Assembly: GCF_006345805.1 (NCBI RefSeq)
Contig: NC_043001.1
Span: 59,086,001-59,150,000 of the forward strand
Origin: Octopus sinensis
Taxonomy: Eukaryota
DNA: 64,000 nucleotides
Reading direction: 5' to 3'
Part shown: piece after piece, positions 10,628-24,539 of the stretch
How positions within the stretch are numbered: position 1 is the first letter of the stretch
Layout: each line of letters begins with the position of its first letter
Program-made: the position numbers and the translations under genes
Notes under the pieces: model-generated
Told to the model about the DNA's origin: nothing
Seen by the model: the letters and a program-made list of their open reading frames with translations, nothing else
Databases searched by the model: none

Positions 10628-11015
10628 ATTTCAAAACGGAGCAAATGTTTCACGAGAAAAAATAATTTGAGGGAAAATAATTTGCGAAGCTATCATTGAC
10701 TCTATTATCATCGAGTGTAACAATTTAAAAATGATAATAAAAGAATCAATAATATAGGCAAATGCAGGTCCAAAAACACGTTGGCGATTTAAATTGACTA
10801 TTATTTCCAGCAGGTAAACATGCTTAGTATGACATTTGATTAATTTCAATCCTTCAGCTATTTAATGCATTGTTTTGGACTTGCAAGTGCCTATATTATT
10901 GAGTCTGTTATTATTATGTTTAAATTATTACACAAGATAATAATAGAGTCAATGATATCGTCACAAATTATTTTCACGCGAATCAATTTTTCTCCTGATT
11001 TATTTGCTCCGCATT
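10628..11015. repeat. Degenerate inverted repeat (old MITE-like element)
   Basis: ~10628-10790 is the diverged reverse complement of ~10868-11015; the opposite-strand ORF-track peptides FGPAFAYIIDSFIIIFKLL and FGLASAYIIESVIIMFKLL mirror each other. Confidence 0.75.
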
Positions 11016-11057
11016 GGAAGTGTATGTGTGTGTATGTGTATAATGCATATATGTGTG

Positions 11058-11118
11058 CTGAGTGGCTGTGTGGTAAGTATCTTGCTTACCAACCACGTGG
11101 TTCCAAGTTCAGTCCCAG
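11058..11118 (+). mobile_element. SINE family A head fragment (uninterrupted target site)
   Basis: GAGTGGCTGTGTGGTAAGTATCTTGCTTACCAACCACGTGGTTCCAAGTTCAGTCCC. Confidence 0.8.
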
Positions 11119-11289
11119 TATATATATATATAGACACATACACACCAGCATGACAGACGTACATAGACACCAAATTATTTATTGTTGTTATGATTTGAAT
11201 ATTTAATAGTTAGTGCGTTCTTTGCATCTTTCAATGGAAGAACCCTATGAGGCATGTTACTGATCAAATGACGAATATTCTCTTACGAG

Positions 11290-12200
11290 ATTTCTTACCA
11301 TGTTTCATGCAGTAATCTCAGCTGATCTGTCTTTGATGATACCTTCTTTAACTTTTTGGGCACGTTCTGTCCATTATGTTCCAGATGTGATCAGTAGGGT
11401 TTTTTCTGGTGATTGGCTTGGTCATGGAATGTTTTGAATGCCTTTCTCATGCAACAAATCTTAGGTCATTTTATCTGTGTGGTAAGGAGCTTCATCTTCC
11501 ATAGAGAATCTTCTTTGATCATTTCACCAATGGAGAATATTGGATGGAGTCCTTTCTGCAATATGGACACATATTTATCTGAGTTTATGCTTCCTTCACA
11601 CTGCGACATTTGCTCCAAATTGGCCATCGCAGGATAGCTGCTGTGTTTCATTGTTGGCTGCAATCATGTTACATCAAATTCTTAATTACAGAGTATCCAG
11701 ACCCACACTGGACCACTGTCAGGAAATACAGCAAACCTGGACTCATCAGAGAATATAACAGTGTCCCAAAATGCTAGTAGCCTCTCCACCATCTCAGTGA
11801 CCCAATCTTTGCTGTGTTTGTTGTTGGCTGGTCGAAGAGTTGGTTTCCTTCTTGCTGTTCATCCATAGTAATCAAATTTGTAGAGAAACCTTACAACTGT
11901 TATGAGACTGATATCAACTGGTTCCGCTATGCCAGAGGCCTTACAATGAGCACTATCCTCCACACTTCTCTTAATAAACACAAGGATCCTGTCAAAGGGC
12001 TCTGGTTGTTCTGGGTGAGGTGATGTGTACCCCTTCTTCTCTCTAGTGAATTACACAATCACTTTATTAACAGTAGAAAGCGAGATGCCAAGGTTTTCTA
12101 CGATTCTTCGCTGAATATGTCCATCTTCAGAATGACCCACAATACGGCTTCATTGGATTTCAGACACTTCCAAGGCTTCTATTGTACATGGCATGATTAA
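11290..12200 (-). pseudogene. Tc1-family transposase remnant
   Basis: Minus strand: HTH-like QRRIVENLGISLSTV; EGSINSDKYVSIL; SPEKNPTDHIWNI resembling the WPxxSPDLNPIEHIW motif; many stops. Confidence 0.75.
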
Positions 12201-12539
12201 GCAGTCACATTTAGAAACTGAAACAAAAAAATATCAATTTATAAAAAATGCAAACCTCTACAAAGTTGAATAAGCATAAAACATTTTATGTTGTATCTAT
12301 TTACTTCTGTCATATATATATATATATATATATATATAGTCAATCCAAATTTGAACAAGCAAGAAAAAACAACAACTCGAGGATGTGGAATAAGTACAGT
12401 GTTATTGAACGCTCAGGAAAGGAAAGAAAAGAGTGTTTCACGTTTGGAGCGGAGCTCTTCATTCATCATAAATATAGAAAAATCTGAAGAAGAGTAGAGG
12501 GCGAAAGAAAATTGCCAACGAAACAAATGTGGTATATTT

Positions 12540-12631
<92 letters not shown>

Positions 12632-12879
12632 ATGGATGGAAGTGAAGTGTTATTACAAAGGAAAGTAACTTGTATACACCACTATAATGAGAATACACAA
12701 CCCATATATGATCGATAGTAATGATTGACTATTTGACCGGCCACGATATTTTCTTGCTGTAATACACAAGCCCATTTCCGCGGGAACCTAATTAGAGGAA
12801 AGTTTTTTACTAATTTAAATTGTTTTCCGTATCTGATAGCACCTTGTGTGTAAGCGAGTGTCACCTTGACTCTACTATA

Positions 12880-13802
12880 CAGTGATCCCTCGCTACTTCG
12901 CGGTTCAACTATTGCGGATTCACAACTTCGCGAATTTTTAAAATATCTATATGAACACCTAATATTTTTCATTAAATCCATTAAAATATTAATAATAAAT
13001 ATTATTTCCTAGCCTAAGAACAACGAGGGGTATTTGAACTTAAGACGGGTTGTGATTGGTGCAATGGAGAGAGACGACGAATCACAGCTTTCTATTTTGT
13101 AATCTGGCCTGTGATTGGTGCTTTGACCGATGTTCAGATCCGCAGCATCTTCCCTTGTCTCTCTCTCTCTCGCGGCCATTTCGCTTCAAGCTTTCTCGCC
13201 GAGTGTTTTACTGTACTACTTTACGCTGAGTTGTGTGTGATTTTTTGTTTGCTTCTTTGCGTTGAACTTTGTGTTTTCATCCCCCGCAATGGCTCCCAAG
13301 CATGCTTCTTCTTCCAAGGCTGGTACTAAGCCTAAACTCAAACGAAGAATGATGATTATCGCTGAGAAGGCGAAACCTGGATATGCTGAAGGAATGAAGA
13401 ACTTTCGCTGCCGTAGCCCGTCATTTTAGTGAGAACGAATCCCCCGTTCGCTACATCAAGAAGTGGAAGAGGTGTCCCAGGAAAGGGCACCGCCGTCAGC
13501 TTCATCATCATTTCTACTGCGCAGAAAATTCACCATCATCATTCAAATTTTACTTCAACTTCTTTCGTGTTGAGTAGAGTAACAACCTTTTTTTTTTTAA
13601 ATCTGAAGCGTCACTGCTTAACATTTGTTCTTGTTATTAATAGACTACTGTAATGGTTGGGTCGTTAACAGTACAGGGATGGCTTCAAAAGTTCAAATAC
13701 ACGATAAATAAGTACTGTAAAGTTGGTGTCCCTACTTCGCGGAAATTCAGTTACCGCGGGCGGTCTCGGAACCAATCTACCGTGATAAACGAGGGATCAC
13801 TG
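12880..13802 (+). mobile_element. Non-autonomous pogo/Tigger-type DNA transposon (923 bp)
   Basis: 13 bp perfect TIRs CAGTGATCCCTCG / CGAGGGATCACTG with TA on both sides; from ATG 13289 MAPKHASSSKAGTKPKLKRRMMIIAEK..(frameshift)..AAVARHFSENESPVRYIKK, the N-terminal HTH of Tigger transposases. Confidence 0.88.
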
Positions 13803-16204
13803 TAACTATTTCTATTTCTGCTGTCACATTGTCTCTTATTAAAACATTGTCACTCAAAGAGGCGGCACAAATCAATTTTCCTTTGTTTCTTGTAATTTTT
13901 CATCCCAACCGCATTATTTTACTTCATGTCGACGTTAATTTGGTTTTGCCCGTAGAAGTATGGGATAAAATTTTGTACTCTAAGAATTAAATGGTGGCCT
14001 GACGGCGTAACATGTAACAAATGTGTAGTTTTATTTGCATATTTGTGTATAAATATATGAACAACAATGAAAGTTATTTACCATTGGTGAACAAACAAAA
14101 GATCCAGTGCATTTCGAATTAAATGTCTCTTTTATCCCTATCAAAAATTCAACGTCTCTTTTATCGCAATCAAAAATTCATAGGATTTCCAACTAAGGAA
14201 GCTATTTTACACACGTAATGATTATGAAGACAATAACATGCATAAATGTATTATACACTTTTCTATGTATGCTCAACTTGTAATAACATGGGTTGAAAGA
14301 CAAACACCAATAAAACTAACGCAAATTATTATTTCTTGAAACGAAAATAAATGTTCTTTAAAATCAAATTTGTGCAAGTAAGTATGAATATGAAGAATTG
14401 ATATGATGGTAAACCGCTGCTATTGATATTTCTTGTGCCGATAATGGAGTTTAAAATTTGTCATTCTGTTAACTACAAACATCAATCAAATCCGCATGAA
14501 ATCACGACGGACAGTCATAACAATCCAAAGGAGATATTAGTTAGTTGCGGTATGTCCGCAGAAAAATTAATTTAACACGACAATCATGTATTAGATACAT
14601 TTGTTCATTGATCTGATCGGAAATGTTTCGCTTGGAATTAAATTTCAACATCATTTCCATCATTCTCACACAGTCTCAACATTAAATTTATAGCACTAAT
14701 AGATACATTTCTTTGTGATATTTGTGAAACTTATTGTTCGAAATATTCTTGATTCTATTCTGAGCGATGTTTTAAAAAATAGATCACATTTGTTCTATCA
14801 CAACTAATTAATTAATAAATGTATATTTCACTACATAAACAACATCAATATACATGATATTTTTCTAAATATGTCTACTCTTGCGCAAAACTTTAGAGCG
14901 TCTGCTTAGAAATCTATACCATTTCTAGAGCTAAGTTAACATAACAAAAATGATAAGTAATTTACAACGAATAAACAACTTTACGCAACTTCCTAATGTG
15001 TAATGTTCCTGGATAATCCTGCTAATGTTTCAATCCTACATGATGTGTGTATCCCTACTTCTCTAATACCTGCTTCTATTGTTTCCTATCCAGATGAAAT
15101 CTAACATCCTCCTCTACATAGGAAAGAGGATCTGGGAGTAATGATATCTGATGTTTATATTATAGCCAAGTTTTATGTAAACTGGAGTACAATGGAGATT
15201 ATTTATAATTAGGTTCTGTTATTTGAGGAACTGCAAATGGTTATTCTTTACTGGATAATTCCCTAATTGCCTTTAGTATATTTTCTGCCCGTACACGTAA
15301 GCTGCAGGACTATTTCGAGTAAACAATATCTTATTGAAGAAGGTGCAACGTATGAACATCTACGGAAACCACATATTTGTGATGTTCATAAACCATCTTC
15401 TCCAAGTCTGCAGAGATGGGTCGTTTTCTTGTGTTACCTTGAAATCATTGCAATTTCTTGCAATTTTGTGAAAGAACTTATATTAAACTCTATTTGAGAG
15501 TTTGAATGACAAGTACCGTTCATTTTAAACAAGTGTTTTCATAGGTCTGTGTTGCACGGAAGGAATGATATTATTGCAAGCTACTAATTTCTTCTTCTTA
15601 CAGAAATGCAAGCTGTATTTTTCTTTATGTAGATGAAGCATGATGTTCTTTCAACAATTTCTAAATTATTTACATAGAACTCGGAAGCTAGTAATTCTGA
15701 ATACTTTGAGACTTTCAGCTCCACTAAATTAGCTGACCTCCTTTTGATTCATGACACCTGTGTTTTGTGGATAACGACATATGCTACTATGAAAGAAATG
15801 AATGCAAATCGCACACTTGGTGATTTTAATAACAAAATATACCAATTTCATTTTTATTTTTATTTTATACATTAGGATGTCTAAATGTAGATACTTCCCC
15901 ATTCCACCTTTCTGTTGCAGTAAGATGCTGTCTAAATTGGAGAGTCTGCGATTGTTTATAGCCTCTAAGCTATGCTTGAAAAAAAAAGTGTCCTCTTCAG
16001 AATATCAGAATTAGATTTCCTTTGTTCAATAACATTCTACATGCCAGAAATGCAGAAGAACATAGGTGAGGTTCTTGCACCTGTCTTTCCAGTAAGATAG
16101 CGATTCGTGATTGGATATGTGTACATAGTCTTAGCTTACTTATATCACATAATGTATTTATATTGGTTTCAAATTTTGGAAAAAGTCCACTAAGTTCTGG
16201 TAAT

Positions 16205-16355
16205 GGTTAAGTCGATTACATCGACCCTAGTATTGAACTGGTACTCATTTCATCGGTCCCTAAATGATGAATATGAACCCAGAACGTAAGGTCGTACGAA
16301 ATGCCGCTAAAACTTTTTTCCGGCGTGCCAAAGATTCTGTCAGCTCACCGTCTTA
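16205..16355 (-). mobile_element. SINE family B, internally deleted
   Basis: Reverse complement of the 2241-2455 head and GTACCAG..CGATGTAATCGAC segment. Confidence 0.7.
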
Positions 16356-16368
16356 CATTATACAGATA

Positions 16369-16835
16369 TTGGGTCATCCCATAAATAATGCGAGTTTTTT
16401 TCAGAATTAAGATAAACAAAGTACGTTTTAATCTAAAATATGCTCTCTTTCATTTTCTATAATGCTCTCCCATCTACTTCGTAAACTTGCAAGGTTCCTC
16501 TTCCAAAATTCACTTGTCCATGACGAAAAATAATCCTCTAGTACTGTTCTGACCTCGTCTATAAAATTCATATTTTTTCTGTCCAAAGACTGCTGACTTA
16601 GATTTAAGCAGCTCATGCTGCTCGCAGTAGATCTTTGTTATCGTTTGGTTTGGGTTGTTCTTCAAGCGCAGATGTCGATGAATGTTTGAATGACCAAATC
16701 CATGCCTCTCTTTTAGTTCTTCAACAGTTACGATAGGATTTTGTTCCAGGTTTGGCAGGATGTCCTCGTCTTCTAGGCCGTAGTTTTCCAGTGTACTCTT
16801 CTTGGCTGTATTTTCCGGCTCGGAGCTTCTGGAAC
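16369..16835 (-). pseudogene. Internally deleted mariner (HTH joined to C-terminus, one TIR)
   Basis: TA plus TIR TTGGGTCATCCCATAAATAATGCG at 16369; LEDE..VTVEELKERHGFGHSNIHRHL followed closely by FIDEVRTVLEDYFSSWTSEFWKRNLASLRSRWESIIENEREHILD*; catalytic core absent. Confidence 0.75.
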
Positions 16836-18249
16836 CACTATTGATATTGGCTTAGGTGTTTTAGTTTTAATGTGGGTGCCACCTGGTTTATTTGATTTCT
16901 TCAAAACCCTAGCTTTTCCAGTTTTTTCAGTTAAACATTTATTAACAAAACCAAGTTTACCAATCGGTATAAAACTGTAATTAAGAATCTGGTTACAGAA
17001 GCTGAATGTTTTGAAGTAGTTGTCCATAGCTATCCCTTTTCTTTTTGATTTTCAAAGAGATATTCACATCCGTGTTGCAGATGACCTGTATGATGGCCCA
17101 CACATTTTCTTGTCTGCTTCAAGTAACGATATCCGGCACGTTATATGTGCAATTTTGAGAAGATTCGAAGGAAATGTTCCAACAATATTCTTTGTCGACG
17201 TTTGTGTATGTATTCAAAAACAATGATATTTATCACAGTTTTTACTATATATTTTTATCTTCCGCTTCTTTTCGGTGTGGGTTAAATTGTCCATCATTTA
17301 ATCACATCACTTTGTATTGGAATGTAATATCTTCGTGGCATTTGAAAATTTGGAGTAGTTGCTGATAACAAGATTGATGTCTTCCACAGAAATTTGACAT
17401 AATCTACTTTTTCTTTTCTTTTTTTTTTTTTTTGGTTACATCTGGATTCAAGAGATTCACTGTCTCATTGGTTCATGAGATACTTTGTAGCAATTTCCAG
17501 CTCTAAGATTGGCCACGTATTGTCTTTGAACTGTCATGGGACTTTGTATTTCGTCTCGATATTAACGTCATTTTCAAGTCTTTGGGAAACTTACACATCT
17601 ACATCTTTTTCGATGAGTGTTAATCAGGCTATTTGGAGGATGTATGGGAAGTCGCCAGAAGAACAGTGCTCCCTGACGAGCTCACTACTAACATGTAGCA
17701 AGTGGTACCTATCGCTTTCCAGAACTAGGCTAATTAATATGTCAGTTATTTATGAGTTATTGTCTGAGAGAATCTAGACAATACTAAAAGGCTACATGCA
17801 ATGATCTCAGATCTATATCTCTGTCAGCTCTTCTTAAATAGAACCAGTTGATATCTCAATGTTCCTGTGGTAGTTTCTAATCGATTACATCATCTTGCAG
17901 GTTTTCATGCCCGTGACGTAGATTTTCACTGCGAACCAGGCAAGTATTCCAAATCTTTATTTAATCACTGAAACTCCAAATGCATTGCAGGATGTAACAG
18001 GAAAGCGATTTCTACATCATTTTCTATGTCAGGTGTAATATTTTCGGTGTCAGAGTGTTTTGTTGGGCTGAGTGAAGAAGATTCTCTACGTGGATTATGT
18101 CCACGATCTTACTGTGATATTCTAAAACAGTTTTGGGGTGTTGGGGTAGGTACATAAGTGAACTTTTCATATTATCGACTTCTGTTGAGAGTTTCACTGT
18201 AGCACCTAATTTGCATATCAGTGGCGGATAACTTAGAAACTCTCATAGA

Positions 18250-19247
18250 TACACTTTTGTCTATTTGATTTATGATTGGTCTAGGATGTTTGGAATGTGG
18301 CCGCCATAATCAAAGGCGGAATTGTACTAGAATGCTTTTAAGGCCCGTTGCGAGGCCAACGGTTTAGAAATACCTTTCCTAAGGGCTCGGTGTCTGGCAT
18401 CACTCTGAAAGTGATTACACGGTCTTGTAACGTTTGGGAAGATCGAGCAGCAACGGTGTTTATGGCGCTGTTCCTCATTCTCCTCGGCACCTGCGTCTGA
18501 AGTGCACGCGGCATTAGCTTCAGAAACAGAGGACCAGCGAAGAAGCCGCCGATCCGCTAACGCCGCATCTACAACTTGTTTCAGAAACTCTTGCAGCAGT
18601 TGTAGATGCGGCGTTAGCGGATCGGCGGCTTCTTCGCTGGTCCTCTGTTTCTGAAGCTCGAGCAGCTGCCATTGAAGAAGCATTGGCAGCTCGGGGGCTA
18701 CAAGGTGTGTGCACACCATGGTGGAGATTAATTGTGTATGCATCGGAGAAGGAACAGGGTCAGTGTTCTGAAAAAAACAAATCAGATGCTACCTCAACAA
18801 AGGCATTTTGTTCGAATGTGAGTTTGTGGAATTGTGCTCAAACGAAGCGCAATTTAATGAAATGAACCATGGCATAATACTTGTTGTGTGAAAATGCATT
18901 TGTTTACCGAATTTGGTTTAAATCAGCTCAATGGTTCCGGCGCTATGGCCTGCCTTAAAGGTATTTTTTGAGTCGGGTTTTCCCGTGTTGTGCTCAAACG
19001 AAACGGAATTTAAAAAAAAAAAATAATAATAACGGAACGAAAACCCTTTGGTAAGAATGCATCAGTATGTCAAGTTTGATCAAAATCGGACGACTTTTTG
19101 AAAAAATCGATAATTATCGATCGAGTTTTTGCGAAAACCGAACATGGATCGAAACAGTTAGTATCACTAAAACATGCCTCGGAACATACTAAATGCATGT
19201 CTGAAATTTCAATCGAATCAGTTGAACTCGAGTTATAAACCTTCTAA

Positions 19248-19278
<31 letters not shown>

Positions 19279-19383
19279 GCACACACATGCACATACACAA
19301 ACACACATATATATATATGTATATATGTGTGTGTGTGTGCGTGTATATGTATATATATATATATATACATACACACACACACG

Positions 19384-19428
<45 letters not shown>

Positions 19429-19430
19429 CC
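18250..19430 (-). mobile_element. 5' portion of a Helitron-like element (STPR-like repeats)
   Basis: Minus strand begins with (TA)n/(TG)n, then a Helitron-like subterminal block; repeats AARASETEDQRRSRRSANAASTTAARVSET followed by KAF*YNSAFDYGGH, resembling the AFxYDxxxDY motif that follows STPR repeats in Helitron RepHel N-termini. Confidence 0.5.
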
Positions 19431-20304
19431 GTGGTCTTGAAGAATTATTGTGAGTAGTTTCATCAATGGATTTTAATTTAAAGATTACGCTAGGATGGTT
19501 ATGATATCTAATTTTTTCATGGCGAAATATATATGCAGATTAGACAGAGACTATTCTTTAGATCTTATTTTTTTGCTTATCATAGAAAATTTAATTAGTG
19601 TGCACTTTAGCTGTTAGCACTTAGTTTTAGGAAAAAGGTATTTATAACGCATGAGGACGACCAATGAAATCGTATGAAGCGCAAAAATCATCAAATCGAT
19701 TTTTACTTTATGTGAAATAGAAATTTTCCTTCTGAATATAACTAAAAGTAAAATTAAATGATAAAAAAACATGCCATGTTAATCATTGGGGCAGAAAATA
19801 TTGAGAGTAAAAATGAAGAGGGAAGGAATTGCTGTCGGACCCCTTATAAATATATGAACAGTGGGAATAGCAGTCAGCCGCTTCCCATGTTTGCAATTGT
19901 GAAGGTCCGTATATTGATCAAAAATTAAACTGCAATTCTTTGACCAAAATTTTTCGAGAAATATATTCACCATTAGCTTCATATCACGTATTCAAAAGGA
20001 ATAATAGACTTGTAAACAAAATTCTATATACAGTCGTTAATTTACAGATTATCTCACAAATGCACCCACAAACGATAAAACATTTTTTTCCGAACATGTT
20101 TTCTATACTAGTCAGTTACTAAATTTTCTCACTGCCTGTTGCTTTAGATGAAATATCTTTTTAAACAAAAGGACCAAAATAGTTTATTTCGGTTCATACA
20201 CGCACATATAAAAATCTATACTACATACATGTAATGTCCTTGATTATCGCTGACAACGGCGGACGAGTTATTAATAACGATGATTATTATTATATAGTAG
20301 ACTA

Positions 20305-20376
20305 TAGGGCAAGGCCTGAAATTTCAGTGGGGATAATAGTCGATTAGATTGATCTCAGTACTCAACTAGTACTTAT
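20305..20376 (-). mobile_element. SINE family B 3' fragment
   Basis: Reverse complement of the AAGTACCAG..ATCGAC..AAATTTC..GGCCTTG 3' half. Confidence 0.55.
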
Positions 20377-21985
20377 TCTGAAATTGTTGTAAACTAAATC
20401 ATAAACTAGTGATTAATTATGCACCAACCCAAAATATTTGTCTTTCTTATCGACGCAAGTTTTAGTCTGGATATGTTTTGGTGATGTGTTTATGTGGATA
20501 TCTGTACGCGAAGCTAATTTGAATGTTTTCCTTTTGTTGAAGTAAGTGTTGCTGAGGTTAGGTAGGAAGTTGTGAATTTTCCTGTGACTTTTGTTGATGT
20601 AGTTTCCATGATGCTTCTGAATTTTTATTGTTTTTTTCTTGTTTTATTCTTTTATTTTTAACAATTTGTTATTTTTTTTAATTTTCATCTTTGTCTTCAT
20701 AAGATCCCCTTTGGAAAGATGGGATCCGAAATGTGGGTCGGGTCTTATTTTTGTGTTTGTTTATGTGTGTTTTTGATTGAAAGAAGGAGAGTAAATGAAT
20801 GAATTTATTGACTATTTTCCTGGGTGGCAGGTTTCGTTCTATTGGGTAAGTGTCCTGTTTGCGCCTGGGCTGTCATATCGACAGCATAGAGTTCTAGGAT
20901 AGAAATCTCTGAAGTGGTATTCCATTCCACCCAACGAGCATTTTAACATTCTGCCCTCAACTGCAGCACGCAGCCATATTTCATTAACCAAGTGTATAAG
21001 GTCTGGGATCTTTTCTATATCCTCCGTTTAGATGCGTATGAGGATTTCCACTGTTGGCGCAAACAAAATCTACCACTCCGTTCGTTTCACTTCAAAGAGA
21101 TTGTCCTTGTGCTCAAAAACAACTCAAGCCAACAACCACAAATAGTCAACCTTATGTAATGCTTTAGTGTCAGAGCTTCACATTTGAAGATATTTTCCAC
21201 GCTTCTGGCTCACACGATATATATGTATATGCATCTACTCATCTTTCTTCAAATATTCTTTCAGCCGAGAGGTGTTTTTCTACTCCTAGGTATGTTACCA
21301 ACAGCCAGAAATATAACAACGTCTTCCGTGCAGTTGTTATCTCACTATATCAAGTGAGATAACAAATTCTGCTGTACTCCCATTCATCTTCACAGGCTAC
21401 TTCACCTGTGTCAGACATGAGTCATTTTTGTTTAGAGATAACAAGGAGTAATATATTGATTTCACCGACAACCCAGTAATTTATTACATATTCGTGGAGT
21501 TACCATGTCTTCTTACTTCGTCGTCGTCGTTCTTGCTGTTGTTGCTATTGCGGCTACCGCGGCTGATACTGTTATTTGTCACAATCGCTATTATTGCTGT
21601 TGCTGTAAATGTTGTTGTTTTCTTTCACTCGGGTACTTCTTTCTTGCTGCTGGAGTTGTTGATGCTTATATTGTTAAAAACTTAATATTTTTGGTGCCTT
21701 CGTTGTTATTGATGCTATTCTTCTTCTTCTCGTGCAACTGTTCTCTCATGAAGCTGAAATTGTTACGTGAAAATGTTCTGCTGCCCTTTTATTCAATCTA
21801 ATAATGGTCGTTATCCCCGCCGTAATTCAAGAAAATACAATTTGAATGTCACCACAGTTCATCTAGTGAATTAGAAGTGCCTATAGAAAGTTTTTAAAAA
21901 ATTTGAAATAACAAAACAATTATTTTCAACAAAGTCTAACAAACCCTCGGGAGGCGATACTACGTACACCCAACGCACAGATAAT

Positions 21986-22008
21986 AAATAAATAAATAAT
22001 AATAATAA

Positions 22009-22088
<80 letters not shown>

Positions 22089-22130
22089 TAATAATAATAG
22101 CAACAACAACAGCGATAATAATAATAATAT
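21986..22130. repeat. (AAT)n microsatellite
   Basis: Direct reading. Confidence 0.95.
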
Positions 22131-22567
22131 TGAAAATATTGTTTATACTCAAACAGAGAGGTATTTTTCAAAACGACTTGTCCACCATTGCTCTTCTGCA
22201 TTGCTAACAAACGCCACAAATAAACTTGTTAAACAAACCAGCATAGGTTACAGATGCTATGGACAAATTATAACTCAACGCCTATGAATTGATGTCTTAT
22301 AAATTTTCACCGAAAATACTACTGAACAGAAAAAAACATTCTGAAACTGTTCCATACAATATCAGGATGAGCATGGGACTGGACAAATATATCAAAGAAA
22401 CATTGAGAAGAAGGAAATTTATCAGAATAGAAACATTGCACTCGACATAGGCACAACAGCACACTTAGAAACAAAACGTAGTCTCTTTCTTCATCACTCT
22501 CTCTCTCTCTGCCTCTCTCTCCCTCACTCTTCTCCCTCTCCCTCCTCTTTCTTTCGCACAACGTTAG

Positions 22568-23048
22568 CACATTGTTTTGTCATGGTATAAAAGATGGGCT
22601 ATAGCAAATATTCTGCTCAATACCACAGATTTTCTTTTCAGTTGTTTGCCCTTAACCAGGTGACCTTTAGTGGCTGACGATATGTGCATCTCTGACAAAG
22701 TGCAGAAGTAGTGGGGTAGCGTCATAGCCTTTGTTGAAAGGAATTTTTTGAGGTTTGGATAATTCACCTTTGGAAATATAGGGGGTTCGTTCAACATCCT
22801 TAAACAATCCTTATTCAGGGACCTTTTGAGCGGAAAGGGCTACTCGACCAGAAGAAAATTCTAACTGGGCCCCACCTACAAGGTCATGGGCTGTTTATCT
22901 TGATATGAGATCACCATGTCGCGCACATTTGATTGTGGTGCATGTGCCTGGTGTACCCTTATCAGACGGGGGTAGTCATGATGGGTAATCCGGGCTTCGT
23001 ATATTTTACCCCAGTATTACTTTGAGGGCATGCACTGCTTTCTCCCTC
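22568..23048 (-). mobile_element. ~0.5 kb non-autonomous retroposon-like element, copy 1, abutting (TTA)n
   Basis: Homologous to 37142-37667; 5' end GAGGGAGAAAGCAGTGCATGC directly follows a (TTA)n array on the minus strand. Confidence 0.8.
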
Positions 23049-23102
<54 letters not shown>

Positions 23103-23685
23103 TACAGTTTTTCTTATTAGGCACCAATGCACGATATGGTACAGAAAATAAATTGACACGTGAAACATAAAGCCTACAACATATGTGAATTACCATGGTG
23201 TAGAAAGAAATTGCACAACAATATTTAAAACAAAATTTTAGATAAGAAATTAACCATATGGCCAAATTTTCTTAGTTACAAGGTGGCAGTGTCTGTTTCG
23301 GCACAAGGTATGACACGGTCTCAGACTTTAAATATATCGTGAATGTTTCGCTTGATGATTGAAGGGCAAATTATGATTTTGCCTCTGTATTTCTTGCTGT
23401 GTTTCTAAGACAGGATATATGCTAGCTGAAGCTGGAATTTAATAAGTGGCATATACATCACCCAAATACGTGTTTACTGATGAAGTGTCGACAAAATACC
23501 CGGTGCAATTTACATGCCAAAACAAGTACAGGTCATACAGTTGCATAATAAAAGATGTGAAGAGTATTCTAGACTCGACCTGTTTTAAGTAACGAAGCAA
23601 AACTAGATCTAAAAATATAGTTTGAGTTTATAGAGCTCCATTTGATTATTTATTGGTATTGTAGCTCTTTAATTGTCTTGGTTAC

Positions 23686-24124
<439 letters not shown>

Positions 24125-24139
24125 CTATATATATATATA

Positions 24140-24502
24140 TGTGGTAAGCTTGTTTACCAACCACATGGTTCCGGGTTCAGTCCCACTGCGTGGCACCTTG
24201 GGCAGGTGTCTTCTACTATAGCCTCGGGCCGACCAAAGCCTGGTGAGTGGATTTGGTAGACAGGAAACTGAAAGAACCCCGTCGTATATGTGTATATATA
24301 TATGTATGTGTATGTGTGTGTGTTTGTGTGTCTGTGTTTGTCCCCCTAGCATTGATTGACAACCCATGCTGGTGTGTTTATGTTTCCGTCACCTAGCGGT
24401 TCAGCAAAAGAGACCGATAGAATAAGTCCCGGGGTCGAGTTGCTCGATTAAAGCCTGTGCTCCAGCATGGCCGCAGTCAAATGACTGAAACAAGTAAAAA
24501 AA
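24140..24502 (+). mobile_element. SINE family A
   Basis: GTGGTAAGCTTGTTTACCAACCACATGGTTCCGGGTTCAGTCCC ... GGCCGCAGTCAAATGACTGAAACAAGTAAAA. Confidence 0.9.
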
Positions 24503-24539
24503 ATATGAGTTATGTTGATATTAATATATATATATCTAC

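Noticed and set aside
16840-18250. Possible piggyBac transposase remnant (GKGIAMDNYF resembles the xMDNxFTS motif; acidic upstream segment)
   Set aside because: Only one weak motif; no TTAA-flanked TIRs or other conserved blocks found. Needs an HMM search.
20400-21480. Possible Penelope-like RT thumb remnants on the minus strand (VTYLGV; YHGNYINKSHRKI)
   Set aside because: Fragments are too short and scattered over frames to support a call.
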